Origin: an uncultured Candidatus Saccharibacteria bacterium | GTDB lineage: Bacteria > Patescibacteriota > Saccharimonadia > Saccharimonadales > Saccharimonadaceae | Direction of reading: 5' to 3' | Assembly (NCBI GenBank): GCA_964525315.1 | Contig: CAZGGJ010000004.1 | Span: 5,675-69,674, forward strand | Length of the DNA stretch: 64,000 nt | Shown: one piece after another, positions 52,443-61,559 of the stretch | Layout: every line of letters begins with the position of its first letter | Numbering within the stretch: the stretch's first letter is position 1 | Notes under the pieces: model-generated | Told to the model about the DNA's origin: nothing | The model's input: the letters and a program-made list of their open reading frames with translations, nothing else | Databases searched by the model: none | Program-made: the position numbers and the translations under genes

Positions 52443-53522
52443 ATGCTGCGCCATAGGTTTTTCAAGCTGCACCCGGCATTACACAAGTGGCGCCTGCTTT
52501 TTTCCGAGGAAATGCTGGCGCTGTTTCTGGTGCTTGTGGTGTTCGTGGTGCCGGCCGATGCATCGACGCGTTTGCAGCAGCGCGGCTTGTTTATGCGCAA
52601 CAACGATCCAGGCGCGACGACCGACTACACGGTGTCGTTTCGCTATGTGACGCCGGCGGCGATCGGCTCGGTTGATATGCTGTTCTGCGAAAATCCTATC
52701 CCGTACGAGCCTTGTGTGACACCTGCTGGGCTATCGGTAGCAGGCGCGACGCTCAGCAGCCAGACGGGCGAGACAGGGTATACTATCGGTGCCAAGTCGA
52801 CCAACCACATTGTGCTGACGCGCGCGCCCAGCATGACGGTGAGCGGCGGCCTGTCGTCGTACACGCTCAGCGGCGTGGTCAACCCGACCGATACGGCTCA
52901 GGCGTTTTCGATTCGGTTGCGTACGCATACGTCTACTGATGCCAGCGGCACCCAGGTCGACTTCGGCTCGGTGCGCGGCCAGGTGACCACTGGCATACGA
53001 CTTGAAACCCAGGTGCCGCCTATGCTGATATTTTGCCTGGCCGAGCAGGTCGAAGAGAACTGTACCGGCACTAACAGTGTCTACTACACCGACATGGGCG
53101 ATTTGACGCCCACGACGACACTCACGGCTCGTTCGCAAATGGCAGTGGGTACCAATGCCACTGGCGGCTTCGCTATTACGGCCTATGGTACGCCGCCCAG
53201 CGCTGGTACGAGCGTGATAGATGCCTCGACCACGCCCACCGAAAGCCGTAAGGGTACCAACCAGTTCGGCATCAACCTCGTTGCCAATACCAGCCCTGGG
53301 ATAGGCAGCGACCCCGAGGGCACTTGGGCCAACGCGCTCGCCTCGCCGGGCTACGACACGCCGAACAAGTACAAGTATGTGTCTGGCGACGTCATCGCCT
53401 ACTCGGCGGATGTTAGCCTGATGAAGAAGTTTACGGTCAGCTATATCATTAACTCCAAGCCGGATTTGCGTGCTGGTGTATATACTACAACGATATCGTA
53501 CATAGCCAGCGGACGCTTTTAA
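52443..53522 (+). CDS. secreted or anchored WxL-like surface protein
   Basis: 359-aa ORF. The N-terminal hydrophobic segment is MLALFLVLVVFVVPADA. The C-terminus is LRAGVYTTTISYIASGRF. Confidence 0.5.
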   Translation: MLRHRFFKLHPALHKWRLLFSEEMLALFLVLVVFVVPADASTRLQQRGLFMRNNDPGATTDYTVSFRYVTPAAIGSVDMLFCENPIPYEPCVTPAGLSVAGATLSSQTGETGYTIGAKSTNHIVLTRAPSMTVSGGLSSYTLSGVVNPTDTAQAFSIRLRTHTSTDASGTQVDFGSVRGQVTTGIRLETQVPPMLIFCLAEQVEENCTGTNSVYYTDMGDLTPTTTLTARSQMAVGTNATGGFAITAYGTPPSAGTSVIDASTTPTESRKGTNQFGINLVANTSPGIGSDPEGTWANALASPGYDTPNKYKYVSGDVIAYSADVSLMKKFTVSYIINSKPDLRAGVYTTTISYIASGRF

Positions 53523-53578
53523 TGTTACAATACGGCTTATACTTATAGTCAATGTAACAGTGTAGGGGAACAATAAAC

Positions 53579-54646
53579 ATGAAACATATCAAGCTTCTTG
53601 TCGTGGCTGCTGTGGTAGCACTTTCTGCATGCGTCGCTAATTTGCCCGGGGCATCGGCTTCGGCGGTTTCGTCGTCGTCGCTTAGCCTCGTCCCGAAGAA
53701 GAATTACGTTATCGACCCAGGCAAATCAGTCAAAGACAAGCTGGTCATTCGCAACCTCGATAAGACAGCCGAGCTTGACCTGACGCTGCGTGTCGTCGAC
53801 TTTACCTACACCGACGATAGCGGCACGCCCAAACTGATGCTCGACCCGAAGGCCGAGCCGACGCCATGGTCGCTCCGCTCCTATATGACCGTGCCAGAGT
53901 CGGTGACTATCCCTGCCGGCGAGTCCAAGTCGCTGGATATGAAGGTAGAAATCCCGGCAAATCGCGGTGGCGGTACGCTCTATAGCGCCATCATCTACTC
54001 ATCGGGGTCGGGCGGCGCGAACAATATGAGCAACGTCGGCCTGAGCGCTTCGGGCGTCACTCTGGTATTTACCAACATCCCGGGCAAAGTGCACGAAGAC
54101 CTCCAGCTCGAAAAGTTCGGCCCCTACAGCAAGGACAGCCGCGACTATATGCCATACTTTATGGCTGCCGAGCCGCAAGCCGCTGCATATACGCTGAAAA
54201 ACAACGGTAATGTCGCTGAGGCTCCGGTTGGCAGCATCACTATCAAGTATATGTTCGGCCAAGAGTACAAGATTACTGAAGTGAATCCCTCCAAGTCTCT
54301 CGCACTCATCGGCCAAACACGTACCTTCGTCGCGTGTATCAAGGCCAAGGAAAACGAAGCCGAACGTCGCGAGTCGAATGTTTCGCCAGTCACCTGTGTC
54401 TCGCCAGGACTCTGGCCAGGCTACTACACAGCAACTGCCGACCTCTACTACGGCCAAAACGGCAACAACACGCAGGAAATCATCAAGACCGTCGGCTTCT
54501 GGTACCTGCCATGGTGGTTCGTCGCGGTGTGCCTGGTCGTCCTGGGAGTCGCTGCCTTCTACATCTGGAAGCTCGTCCGCAAGATTCGCCATGCCATGTA
54601 CGGTCCGCAGGGCAAGTCGCGTCCGGCCAAGCGAGGCCGCCGCTAA
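53579..54646 (+). CDS. DUF916/DUF3324-like cell-surface protein with C-terminal membrane anchor
   Basis: 355-aa ORF with signal peptide MKHIKLLVVAAVVALSACVA. The Ig-like N-terminal pattern is SLVPKKNYVIDPGKSVKDKLVIRNLDKTAELDLTLRVVDF. The C-terminal TM is WWFVAVCLVVLGVAAFYIW, followed by a basic tail. Confidence 0.5.
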   Translation: MKHIKLLVVAAVVALSACVANLPGASASAVSSSSLSLVPKKNYVIDPGKSVKDKLVIRNLDKTAELDLTLRVVDFTYTDDSGTPKLMLDPKAEPTPWSLRSYMTVPESVTIPAGESKSLDMKVEIPANRGGGTLYSAIIYSSGSGGANNMSNVGLSASGVTLVFTNIPGKVHEDLQLEKFGPYSKDSRDYMPYFMAAEPQAAAYTLKNNGNVAEAPVGSITIKYMFGQEYKITEVNPSKSLALIGQTRTFVACIKAKENEAERRESNVSPVTCVSPGLWPGYYTATADLYYGQNGNNTQEIIKTVGFWYLPWWFVAVCLVVLGVAAFYIWKLVRKIRHAMYGPQGKSRPAKRGRR

Positions 54647-54691
54647 GCCGGCCTCGAAAGCCCTTTGGCAATCCCGTAGCAACACGCTACA

Positions 54692-55627
54692 ATGAGCATA
54701 AGTATGATACGACCAACACGAGTTATAGCGCAGTGGGCACGCCTGATGAGCATCGGGGCGTGCTTGCTGGCTGTCGGCTTGTCGCAGTCCGCCGCGGCTA
54801 TTACGCCGTTGCCAACGCCTGAGCCCAAGCCCGGCGCGTACGGTATCGAGGCTACCAAGAAGAAAGCGCCGCCCACCCAAGCCGCGTCGATCACGACGCC
54901 GGGCAATGGCTCGTCGTTTTCGCGCTCGCCGATTACTGTCAATGGTATTTGTCCCAAGGACACGCTGGTGCAGGTGTACAACAACGGCGTTATGGTAGGC
55001 GCTGTGCCCTGCAAGTCCGGCAGCTTTAGTTTGCAGGTGAGTCTATTTGCCGGCACCAACGAGCTCACCGCCATTGTCTACGATGAGCTAGACCAAGCCG
55101 GACCAGTGTCAAATAAAGTCACCGTCCAGTACAAAGATACCAACCTCGCCAGCTTCGGTCAGGCTATTACGCTGACCAGCACCTATGGCCGCCGCTCAGC
55201 GCCTGCTGGGCAGCAACTGAGCTGGCCGCTGCAACTGTCGGGCGGCACCGGGCCGTATGCCTTCAGCATCGACTGGGGCGATGGCAGCAAGGCCGAGCTG
55301 AAGAGCCAGGCGATGGCCGGCCTCGTGACGATTACCCACGTGTATGAAAAGGCCGGCATCTACCAGGTGAATATTACTGTCACCGACAAGAACGGCGTCA
55401 GCGCCTTTCTGCAGCTGGTAGCGGTGTCGAGCGGCAAGGTCGACGAAGCTGCTACGGCGGCAACCGGCACAGGAAGCGCCACGGCATCACCGCCGCAAAT
55501 CCTCTGGATTCCGACGGCCATCGCACTGATACTCCTCGTACCAACCTATTGGCTGGGCAAGCGCAGTCAGCTGGTCATCATCCGCAACAAGATGCTCAAA
55601 GAGCGCGACAGCTATAGCGCTAAATGA
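54692..55627 (+). CDS. surface protein with bacterial Ig-like and PKD domains and a C-terminal membrane anchor
   Basis: 311-aa ORF, with a possible alternative ATG at 54704. The PKD motif is GGTGPYAFSIDWGDGS....HVYEKAGIYQVNITVTDKNG. The C-terminal TM is ILWIPTAIALILLVPTYWL. Confidence 0.55.
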   Translation: MSISMIRPTRVIAQWARLMSIGACLLAVGLSQSAAAITPLPTPEPKPGAYGIEATKKKAPPTQAASITTPGNGSSFSRSPITVNGICPKDTLVQVYNNGVMVGAVPCKSGSFSLQVSLFAGTNELTAIVYDELDQAGPVSNKVTVQYKDTNLASFGQAITLTSTYGRRSAPAGQQLSWPLQLSGGTGPYAFSIDWGDGSKAELKSQAMAGLVTITHVYEKAGIYQVNITVTDKNGVSAFLQLVAVSSGKVDEAATAATGTGSATASPPQILWIPTAIALILLVPTYWLGKRSQLVIIRNKMLKERDSYSAK

Positions 55628-55676
55628 CGCTTGCCCTCGTCATGCTGAACTTGTGGAAAACTCGCACAAAAAGTCC

Positions 55677-55707
55677 TTGACAACCATAGGCATAACCGTG
55701 ATACACT
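55677..55707 (+). promoter_or_regulatory. promoter TTGACA-19-TGaTACACT
   Basis: TTGACA is at 55677-55682, TG at 55699-55700 and TACACT at 55702-55707. Confidence 0.45.
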
Positions 55708-55762
55708 GATAGCGTTACTAAACAAAACAAATATATCTTAAAAAGATGTGAGGAGAAGTGGT

Positions 55763-56923
55763 ATGGGTTCCGTAGGAGCAATAAACCGCCAAACACGCCG
55801 TATGGTCGTGGCGTTCGCCCTTGTGGCAGCTATGATCGTGGCGAGCTTTTTGCCGACGCTTGCGTGGGCGGCACAGTTGAGTGATCGATCGGTTGCGGTC
55901 GATAGCTCAAAGATTGGCAAAACAGGGGTAACCTACAATATTAAATTTGATCAGGCGACCAACGCTGACGCGGTGGTGATACAATTTTGTACCAACACGC
56001 CACTGATTGGTGAGTTCTGTGATGCGCCAGGCGGTATGGTAGTCACGGGTGCGACAGCTGGTACGGGCGTCACGGCTATTACCTCGGCGACAGGCAGCAC
56101 TATCAAGCTGACAAAGGCGGGTGCTACCGAGGATTTGACAATCACTGGTATCACCAACCCAGCTGCCAGAGGTACGGTATACGCGCGTATCTTGACGTAT
56201 GTCGATTCGACGGCCGCAGGTGCGTATACTGTAGATGAGGATACCAATAAGGCTATCGGTACGCCAGTCGACCAGGGTAGCGTGGCAATCGCCTTTACTG
56301 ATGACATCGAAGTATCGGGTGCTGTCCTAGAGACCTTGACCTTCTGTGTGTCCAGGACAGATCTCACTAGTACTAACTGTACTATCGGCTACAATGCACC
56401 AGTATTGACACTTGGTGAAGACGATGGTAACGGGGTGGTTGCCCTGAGCTCATCCAAGGTATCGACCGGGGATATCTACACCAAGATTTCGACTAATGCT
56501 GTCAAGGGCGCGGTCGTCAGCCTCAAGAGCACGGCCGGTGTCAATCAGCCAGGCAACGTGCCTTGTGCCGGACTGGCACTCGCTGGCACGGGCGCATGCA
56601 ACATTGCTGCTGCTGGTACTACTGGCACATTCGGCGATGCCTCGCCTGATGCGAAGTTTGGCGTCAAGCTTAAACTGCCAGATACTAACGACAACTCTGA
56701 CGGCAATGGTATTATCGCTCTCGACTCAAACTACGACACCTCCGACTACAGGCTTGATGGTGCTGCAGCTATCGGTACATACGGCGACGCGATATATACC
56801 ACAAACGGTGGCTATGCCAACAACCGTAATGTGATGCTAACATTTGGCGCCAAGTCGGCTGCCAATACGCCAGCCGGTAAGTATTCTGCTGCTATCAGCT
56901 TGATCGCAACAGGCACATTCTAG
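55763..56923 (+). CDS. secreted WxL-like surface protein
   Basis: Start chosen at ATG 55763, with RBS AGGAGA at 55751-55756; the track start is GTG 55748. The signal peptide ends LAWA. The C-terminus is TPAGKYSAAISLIATGTF. Confidence 0.5.
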   Translation: MGSVGAINRQTRRMVVAFALVAAMIVASFLPTLAWAAQLSDRSVAVDSSKIGKTGVTYNIKFDQATNADAVVIQFCTNTPLIGEFCDAPGGMVVTGATAGTGVTAITSATGSTIKLTKAGATEDLTITGITNPAARGTVYARILTYVDSTAAGAYTVDEDTNKAIGTPVDQGSVAIAFTDDIEVSGAVLETLTFCVSRTDLTSTNCTIGYNAPVLTLGEDDGNGVVALSSSKVSTGDIYTKISTNAVKGAVVSLKSTAGVNQPGNVPCAGLALAGTGACNIAAAGTTGTFGDASPDAKFGVKLKLPDTNDNSDGNGIIALDSNYDTSDYRLDGAAAIGTYGDAIYTTNGGYANNRNVMLTFGAKSAANTPAGKYSAAISLIATGTF

Positions 56924-56945
56924 TACGAATACGTTGCAATAGTAA

Positions 56946-56978
56946 CAACACCTCCTGCGATGGGAGGTGTTGTGCTGT
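56946..56978 (+). terminator. rho-independent terminator
   Basis: Perfect 10-bp stem (CAACACCTCC 56946-56955 / GGAGGTGTTG 56963-56972) with a 7-nt loop and a T/G-rich tail. Confidence 0.6.
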
Positions 56979-56979
56979 G

Positions 56980-56988
56980 TGGTATAAT
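56980..56988 (+). promoter_or_regulatory. extended -10 promoter TGGTATAAT
   Basis: TGG is at 56980-56982 and TATAAT at 56983-56988, about 30 nt upstream of GTG 57019. Confidence 0.5.
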
Positions 56989-57018
56989 CAGTAGCAGTTA
57001 CAAGTAAAGGGGAAAAGT

Positions 57019-58035
57019 GTGTTGGTAAAACAACGAGTGCAGATGAGTCTTCGTGTAGTTATGGCGTTTGCGATTATTGCGAGTGCTACTGTGTTTGGCG
57101 CGCAGCATGCATCCGCCGACGAGCAGACCAACGCGGCTAATACGCTTAAGATATCGCCAGTTCGTAGTGATATCGAAGTGAAGGCGGGTGAGACCAAGAC
57201 TGTCGAGGTGATCGTTACCAACGTGAGCGGCGCACCAATCAAGGTACGGCCGGTCACCAATGACTTTATCGCTGGCGATGAGCGCGGTACGCCGGCGCTA
57301 ATACTTGATGCCAAGCAATTCGCACCAACCCATAGCCTGAAGCGCTATATCCAGCCGCTAGAAGATGTTGTCATTGAGCCGGGCAAAGGCAAGAAGGTCG
57401 ATGTCGTCATCAAGGTGCCCAAGGATGCCAAGTCAGGCGGGTACTTTGGCGCTGTCCGCTTTGCACCGTCGAGCCCAGATGATGGCGGTGAGGTTAATTT
57501 GAGTGCCAGCGTGGCTTCGCTTATCCTTATGACCGTCCCTGGTCCTGTGACTGAAAAGCTTGCTCTTACCAACTTTGACATCCAGCAGGGCGGCAAGAAC
57601 GGCACGCTCTTCCAGAGTGCCAACGACCTACAGTTGGCGCTACGCCTCGAGAGCAAGAGCAATATCCAGGTGGCACCATTTGGCAAAATATCCGTCAAGC
57701 AGGGCGACAAGGTAGTCTATGACTACGACTTCAATAGCAGCACCGATACCCCGCGCGACATGATCCTCCCCGACAGCGCCCGCCGCTGGGATATCCCGCT
57801 CAAAAACATCGATAGCTTTGGCAACTACACCGTCTATGCCACGCTAACCTATGGCAAGTCCAACCAAACCATCGAGGTCAATCAGTCGTTCTGGGTGATT
57901 CCATGGATTGTCATCATTATTGCAGCCGGCGGGGTATTGCTCCTGGTAGTTGCTATCCTCTTCGTCATCTTCGCCGTTCGCCGCCGTCGTCGCAACGTGC
58001 AGCTAAGGCGTCATGGCGGTCTACGACGCTACTAA
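57019..58035 (+). CDS. DUF916/DUF3324-like cell-surface protein with C-terminal membrane anchor (second copy)
   Basis: 338-aa ORF from a GTG start, with an alternative ATG at 57043. A signal peptide is present. The Ig-like pattern is LKISPVRSDIEVKAGETKTVEVIVTNVSGAPIKVRPVTNDF. The C-terminal TM is WIVIIIAAGGVLLLVVAILFVIFA, followed by RRRRR. Confidence 0.5.
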   Translation: MLVKQRVQMSLRVVMAFAIIASATVFGAQHASADEQTNAANTLKISPVRSDIEVKAGETKTVEVIVTNVSGAPIKVRPVTNDFIAGDERGTPALILDAKQFAPTHSLKRYIQPLEDVVIEPGKGKKVDVVIKVPKDAKSGGYFGAVRFAPSSPDDGGEVNLSASVASLILMTVPGPVTEKLALTNFDIQQGGKNGTLFQSANDLQLALRLESKSNIQVAPFGKISVKQGDKVVYDYDFNSSTDTPRDMILPDSARRWDIPLKNIDSFGNYTVYATLTYGKSNQTIEVNQSFWVIPWIVIIIAAGGVLLLVVAILFVIFAVRRRRRNVQLRRHGGLRRY

Positions 58036-58055
58036 TTGAGGAGCGGTGGGAGTTT

Positions 58056-58841
58056 ATGAATATGCAGCGACCAGACAAGCAAGGCTTTACCATTGTCGAG
58101 CTGCTCGTTGTCATTGCTGTGATAGGCATATTGACGGCAATTGGTATCGTTTCGTATAGCGGCGTGCAGCGCCACAGCGTAGAGGCTGTCGTGCAGACGG
58201 GCTTGAAAGAAGGCCACGACCAGATGGAAATACTACAGCTTCGCACAGGAGCCTATCCTACTGCACTGCCAGAGGATATCAAGCCTTCGCCCGACGTCAC
58301 TTTTCAGTTGGTGACGAGTAGTTTGCCGCACTATAGCGGCTTGGGTACGGTTCAAAACGGCGTGTTATTTCAGAAGGTATGCGCCGACCTCATAGGCGAA
58401 GGCTACGGTACAGGCACTAACAACGGCAACCAAAGCGAGCAATACGTCACGGCGTGTAATGTCTATGGCCGTGCCGCTATGCAAATAAATGGCTGGAACG
58501 CGCATGACTTCAATGTCCCTATCGACAGTGCAACGGTGCGCGACTGGTACGAGGCCAACATCTCGTACGACTCGTATCGGCCTCATCACAAAACTGATGT
58601 TGTGACGTTTGCAAGCGCGCTATCGAGCCGCTTTACGGCTATGGGTGGCAGCTTTCCGGTGACGTCGTTTTGGGATCCGTGGGCAAGCCCTGGCAATGGT
58701 GTTGCCAAAGTAGACTTGCCGGAGCCCGATGCTTCAGGCGGCGGAGAGACCTACTGCCTGCAGGCCACAAGTACGCGTTTTAGCGATGTCGTATGGCATG
58801 TGTCGCCGAGCGGCAGAGTTATGAACGGTGCTTGCTCGTAG
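58056..58841 (+). CDS. type IV pilin-like protein (prepilin-type N-terminal cleavage/methylation domain)
   Basis: ATG 58056 is preceded by GAGGAG at 58038-58043. The class III signal is MNMQRPDKQG/FTIVELLVVIAVIGILTAIGIVSY. The track start 57903 overlaps the upstream gene. Confidence 0.8.
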   Translation: MNMQRPDKQGFTIVELLVVIAVIGILTAIGIVSYSGVQRHSVEAVVQTGLKEGHDQMEILQLRTGAYPTALPEDIKPSPDVTFQLVTSSLPHYSGLGTVQNGVLFQKVCADLIGEGYGTGTNNGNQSEQYVTACNVYGRAAMQINGWNAHDFNVPIDSATVRDWYEANISYDSYRPHHKTDVVTFASALSSRFTAMGGSFPVTSFWDPWASPGNGVAKVDLPEPDASGGGETYCLQATSTRFSDVVWHVSPSGRVMNGACS

Positions 58842-58843
58842 CT

Positions 58844-60055
58844 CTAGCGGTTAATACCCAGTACTTCACGAATCGACAGCTTGCGGCTGTATTCCAGTGC
58901 GCCGTAGCGGAAGACACGTACGGCCAGCACCAGGATGATAGCACCGGTGATGATGATAATTGGTACAGCTAGCAACACTTCCCAGCCGGCGAGATTGCCG
59001 ACGGCGTTGCGCAGGAGCAGCGGAATAGGCGACGTCAGCGGGAAGAGCGACAAGAAGGTGATGATAGGGCTGTCGGGCGCCGAGACAAAGAGCGGCGCGG
59101 CATAGAGCGGTCCGAAAATCAGTATCATAATGATGCCGAAGAACTGTCCGGCTTCCTTAGCGCTTGGCACTGATGCACCAATAAGGACGAGCAGGCCGGT
59201 AAACATCATGAAGCTTGACGCAAAGATGACGGCTCCGATACCGATGCGGCCCCAGTCTACCGGCAAGGCACTTAGGTCGATGAGCGGTAGCTGCAACTGC
59301 TCGTGCAGCAGGAAGTAGCCGACAAGCGCTGGTGCAACGATAAGCACGGCTTGGAACAGTGCGAGTATGACAAGGGAAATGATTTTACCGATAATCAATG
59401 TCCGCGCTTCGATGGTGGTGAGAATCATCTCGATGACGCGGTTTTCTTTTTCCTCGGTAGTGCTGGTGAGCATTTGGTTGCCAAAGAAGGCGATGAGCAG
59501 GTAAAAGAGCAGCAGGAATACGCCCGGCAAAATCATTTCCTTGAACGGGTCATACTCGCGGCCATCGCGGTAGGTTGTCATGGAGGTGGTGATTTTGCCG
59601 TTGATGACTGCACGCTTGGCGGAGTCGACGGTTTGTTCGACTGACTGCGAAAGCAGGTTGGTGGCGACGCCGCTGTAGCGGCCGTTGTTGAAGACGCCGA
59701 CGTCTTTGCCGTATACCTCGAGCTGGTCAGTCGTGAGGTTGCGGGGGATGTAGATGTAGCCGTCGACTTTGCCTGACTGGACATTGGCAATGCCTTGCTG
59801 CTTGTCGGTGATGGTCTGGGCACCGATGGCCTTGGTGAGCGCCGGGTCAACTAGCTTGGAATCGTCGGTGATTTCGAGTGAGAAGCGTTCTTTGCTGAGT
59901 TTTTCGGCAGCGTCGCTGGTGGATTGATTGGAGGCGATGATGATGCCGAAAATAGCCGCCATCATGAGCGGGAAGCTCAGCGCCATTATCCAGAAGGACT
60001 TCTTCTTGAGCGTTCGGATAATTTCGAAGCGGATGACTGTCGATAAGTTGTGCAT
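58844..60055 (-). CDS. ABC-2 type transporter permease
   Basis: 403-aa ORF. It has an N-terminal TM, a large extracytoplasmic loop and then about 5 TM segments. Its ATG overlaps the stop of the upstream ATPase gene (TAATG on the minus strand). Confidence 0.7.
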   Translation of the reverse strand: MHNLSTVIRFEIIRTLKKKSFWIMALSFPLMMAAIFGIIIASNQSTSDAAEKLSKERFSLEITDDSKLVDPALTKAIGAQTITDKQQGIANVQSGKVDGYIYIPRNLTTDQLEVYGKDVGVFNNGRYSGVATNLLSQSVEQTVDSAKRAVINGKITTSMTTYRDGREYDPFKEMILPGVFLLLFYLLIAFFGNQMLTSTTEEKENRVIEMILTTIEARTLIIGKIISLVILALFQAVLIVAPALVGYFLLHEQLQLPLIDLSALPVDWGRIGIGAVIFASSFMMFTGLLVLIGASVPSAKEAGQFFGIIMILIFGPLYAAPLFVSAPDSPIITFLSLFPLTSPIPLLLRNAVGNLAGWEVLLAVPIIIITGAIILVLAVRVFRYGALEYSRKLSIREVLGINR

Positions 60056-60795
60056 TATTCGTTACCTCCGTGAGTGCCGTAGACCGACAGGAATATATCG
60101 TTGAGTGATTTGCCGCCGAACTTCTTGCGGACGCTCGGGATGGTGCCGTAGGCTGCAGCCGCGCCGTCCTTGAGGAGAATCACGCGGTCGCAGAGGCGTT
60201 CAACCTCTTCCATTTGGTGCGTCACCATGATGACGGTCGTGCCCTTGGCTTGGTGCTCCTCGATGATGTCCATCAGTAGCTTGCGATTGACCGGGTCGAA
60301 ACCTTTGGTCGGTTCGTCCAGGATGAGTAGCTCCGGGTCTGCCATAATGGTGATGCCGAGCTGTACCTTCTGCTGCTGGCCGCCAGAGAGTTTGTCGAGG
60401 CGAATCTTGGCCTTGTCAGCGAGGTTGACGCGCTCGAGGTAGTCGAGCGAGGTTTGGCGTGCGTCGTCGCGCGACAGGCCCTTTAGCTGGCCAAAGTAGA
60501 CCATGGTGTCGATAACCGACTCTTTCTTATAGAGGCCACGCTCCTCTGGTAGATAGCCTAGCTTGACGCCGCCCGACACGCTGTAGGGTTTGCCGTCGAG
60601 GAGCAGCTCGCCGCTGGTGGGCGGATAAATACCGAGCAGGGCGCGGATAGTCGTGGTCTTGCCCGAGCCGTTGGAACCAAGCAGCCCGAAGGTTTCGCCG
60701 CGCTTCACCTCAAACGACAAACCGTCGATAACCGTTTGAGCGCCGAACCGCATAGTGAAATCCTTGATAGTGATGATAGCGTCGCGAGTAGTCAT
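60055..60795 (-). CDS. ABC transporter ATP-binding protein
   Basis: Walker A is GSNGSGKTTT, the ABC signature is LSGGQQQKV and Walker B is LLILDEPT. ATG 60795 lies 6 nt downstream of a TATACT box (60802-60807, minus strand). The alternative GTG start at 60810 is the one in the track. Confidence 0.85.
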   Translation of the reverse strand: MTTRDAIITIKDFTMRFGAQTVIDGLSFEVKRGETFGLLGSNGSGKTTTIRALLGIYPPTSGELLLDGKPYSVSGGVKLGYLPEERGLYKKESVIDTMVYFGQLKGLSRDDARQTSLDYLERVNLADKAKIRLDKLSGGQQQKVQLGITIMADPELLILDEPTKGFDPVNRKLLMDIIEEHQAKGTTVIMVTHQMEEVERLCDRVILLKDGAAAAYGTIPSVRKKFGGKSLNDIFLSVYGTHGGNE

Positions 60796-60918
60796 ATATC
60801 CAGTATACACTATCTGTATCGCTGGTTAAGATATCAGTATAGATTATTGACAATAATACCACTATGGTGTAATGTATAACACATTATTACTGCAAGTAAT
60901 GCGTGGGCGAGGTTTGAA

Positions 60919-61554
60919 ATGGGATATGATGTATATCAGCCGGCTGCCGGACTTGGCGGCAATTCACTAGTCATTGATACACCAGGTGTGATTGAAGCTA
61001 CGCAGCGAGGCGAATGGTTCGACATGCGCTCTCACGACAATACACCGTATTCGCTCGATAGAGTACTTCAGGTACTACAGCACGATGCACCGACCTTGGC
61101 TGACTTTGCGGACACCAACAGGGTGTTTTTCGTAGGCACAGTCCATGCAGCTGGAGAAGGATCAGACTGGAGTATAATGCCAGGCTCCAAAGACCCCGAA
61201 ATAGCCAGGATGGCACGTGAACTCTACCGTACTAAGCTGATGGGAGCCAGAGCTCACTTTATCGTGGGGCCGAGCGGTGATTATTTCACTGACTCAGAAC
61301 ATATCGGAGTCATGGACGAGGACACCGCTGGTTGCGAGGTGGCGATTGATGTTACGAGGGAGGATGGCTTGGCTGTCGATCATTTCAAACGGGGCCTCGG
61401 CAAGCTTGTTTTCCAGCCCGGGCCGTGGCGTACATGGAACGGTGGTCATGCACTCGATGGACATGATGATTTGACCCCCGGCATGGTAGAGGTTGAACTG
61501 TCGCGAGCCAAGCAGTCGCTCCTCGAAAGTATGCGCGCATCACTAGGAAGGTAG
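60919..61554 (+). CDS. hypothetical protein (211 aa)
   Basis: Clean ORF with no recognisable motif. Its stop lies 5 nt before the next long ORF. Confidence 0.45.
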   Translation: MGYDVYQPAAGLGGNSLVIDTPGVIEATQRGEWFDMRSHDNTPYSLDRVLQVLQHDAPTLADFADTNRVFFVGTVHAAGEGSDWSIMPGSKDPEIARMARELYRTKLMGARAHFIVGPSGDYFTDSEHIGVMDEDTAGCEVAIDVTREDGLAVDHFKRGLGKLVFQPGPWRTWNGGHALDGHDDLTPGMVEVELSRAKQSLLESMRASLGR

Positions 61555-61559
61555 CCCCT

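Noticed and set aside
58056-58841. The pilin gene as evidence of a complete type IV pilus or competence operon in this window.
   Set aside because: It is a single pilin-like gene with no adjacent PilB/PilC/PilD/PilM-Q-type genes. A convergent ABC transporter gene follows it immediately.
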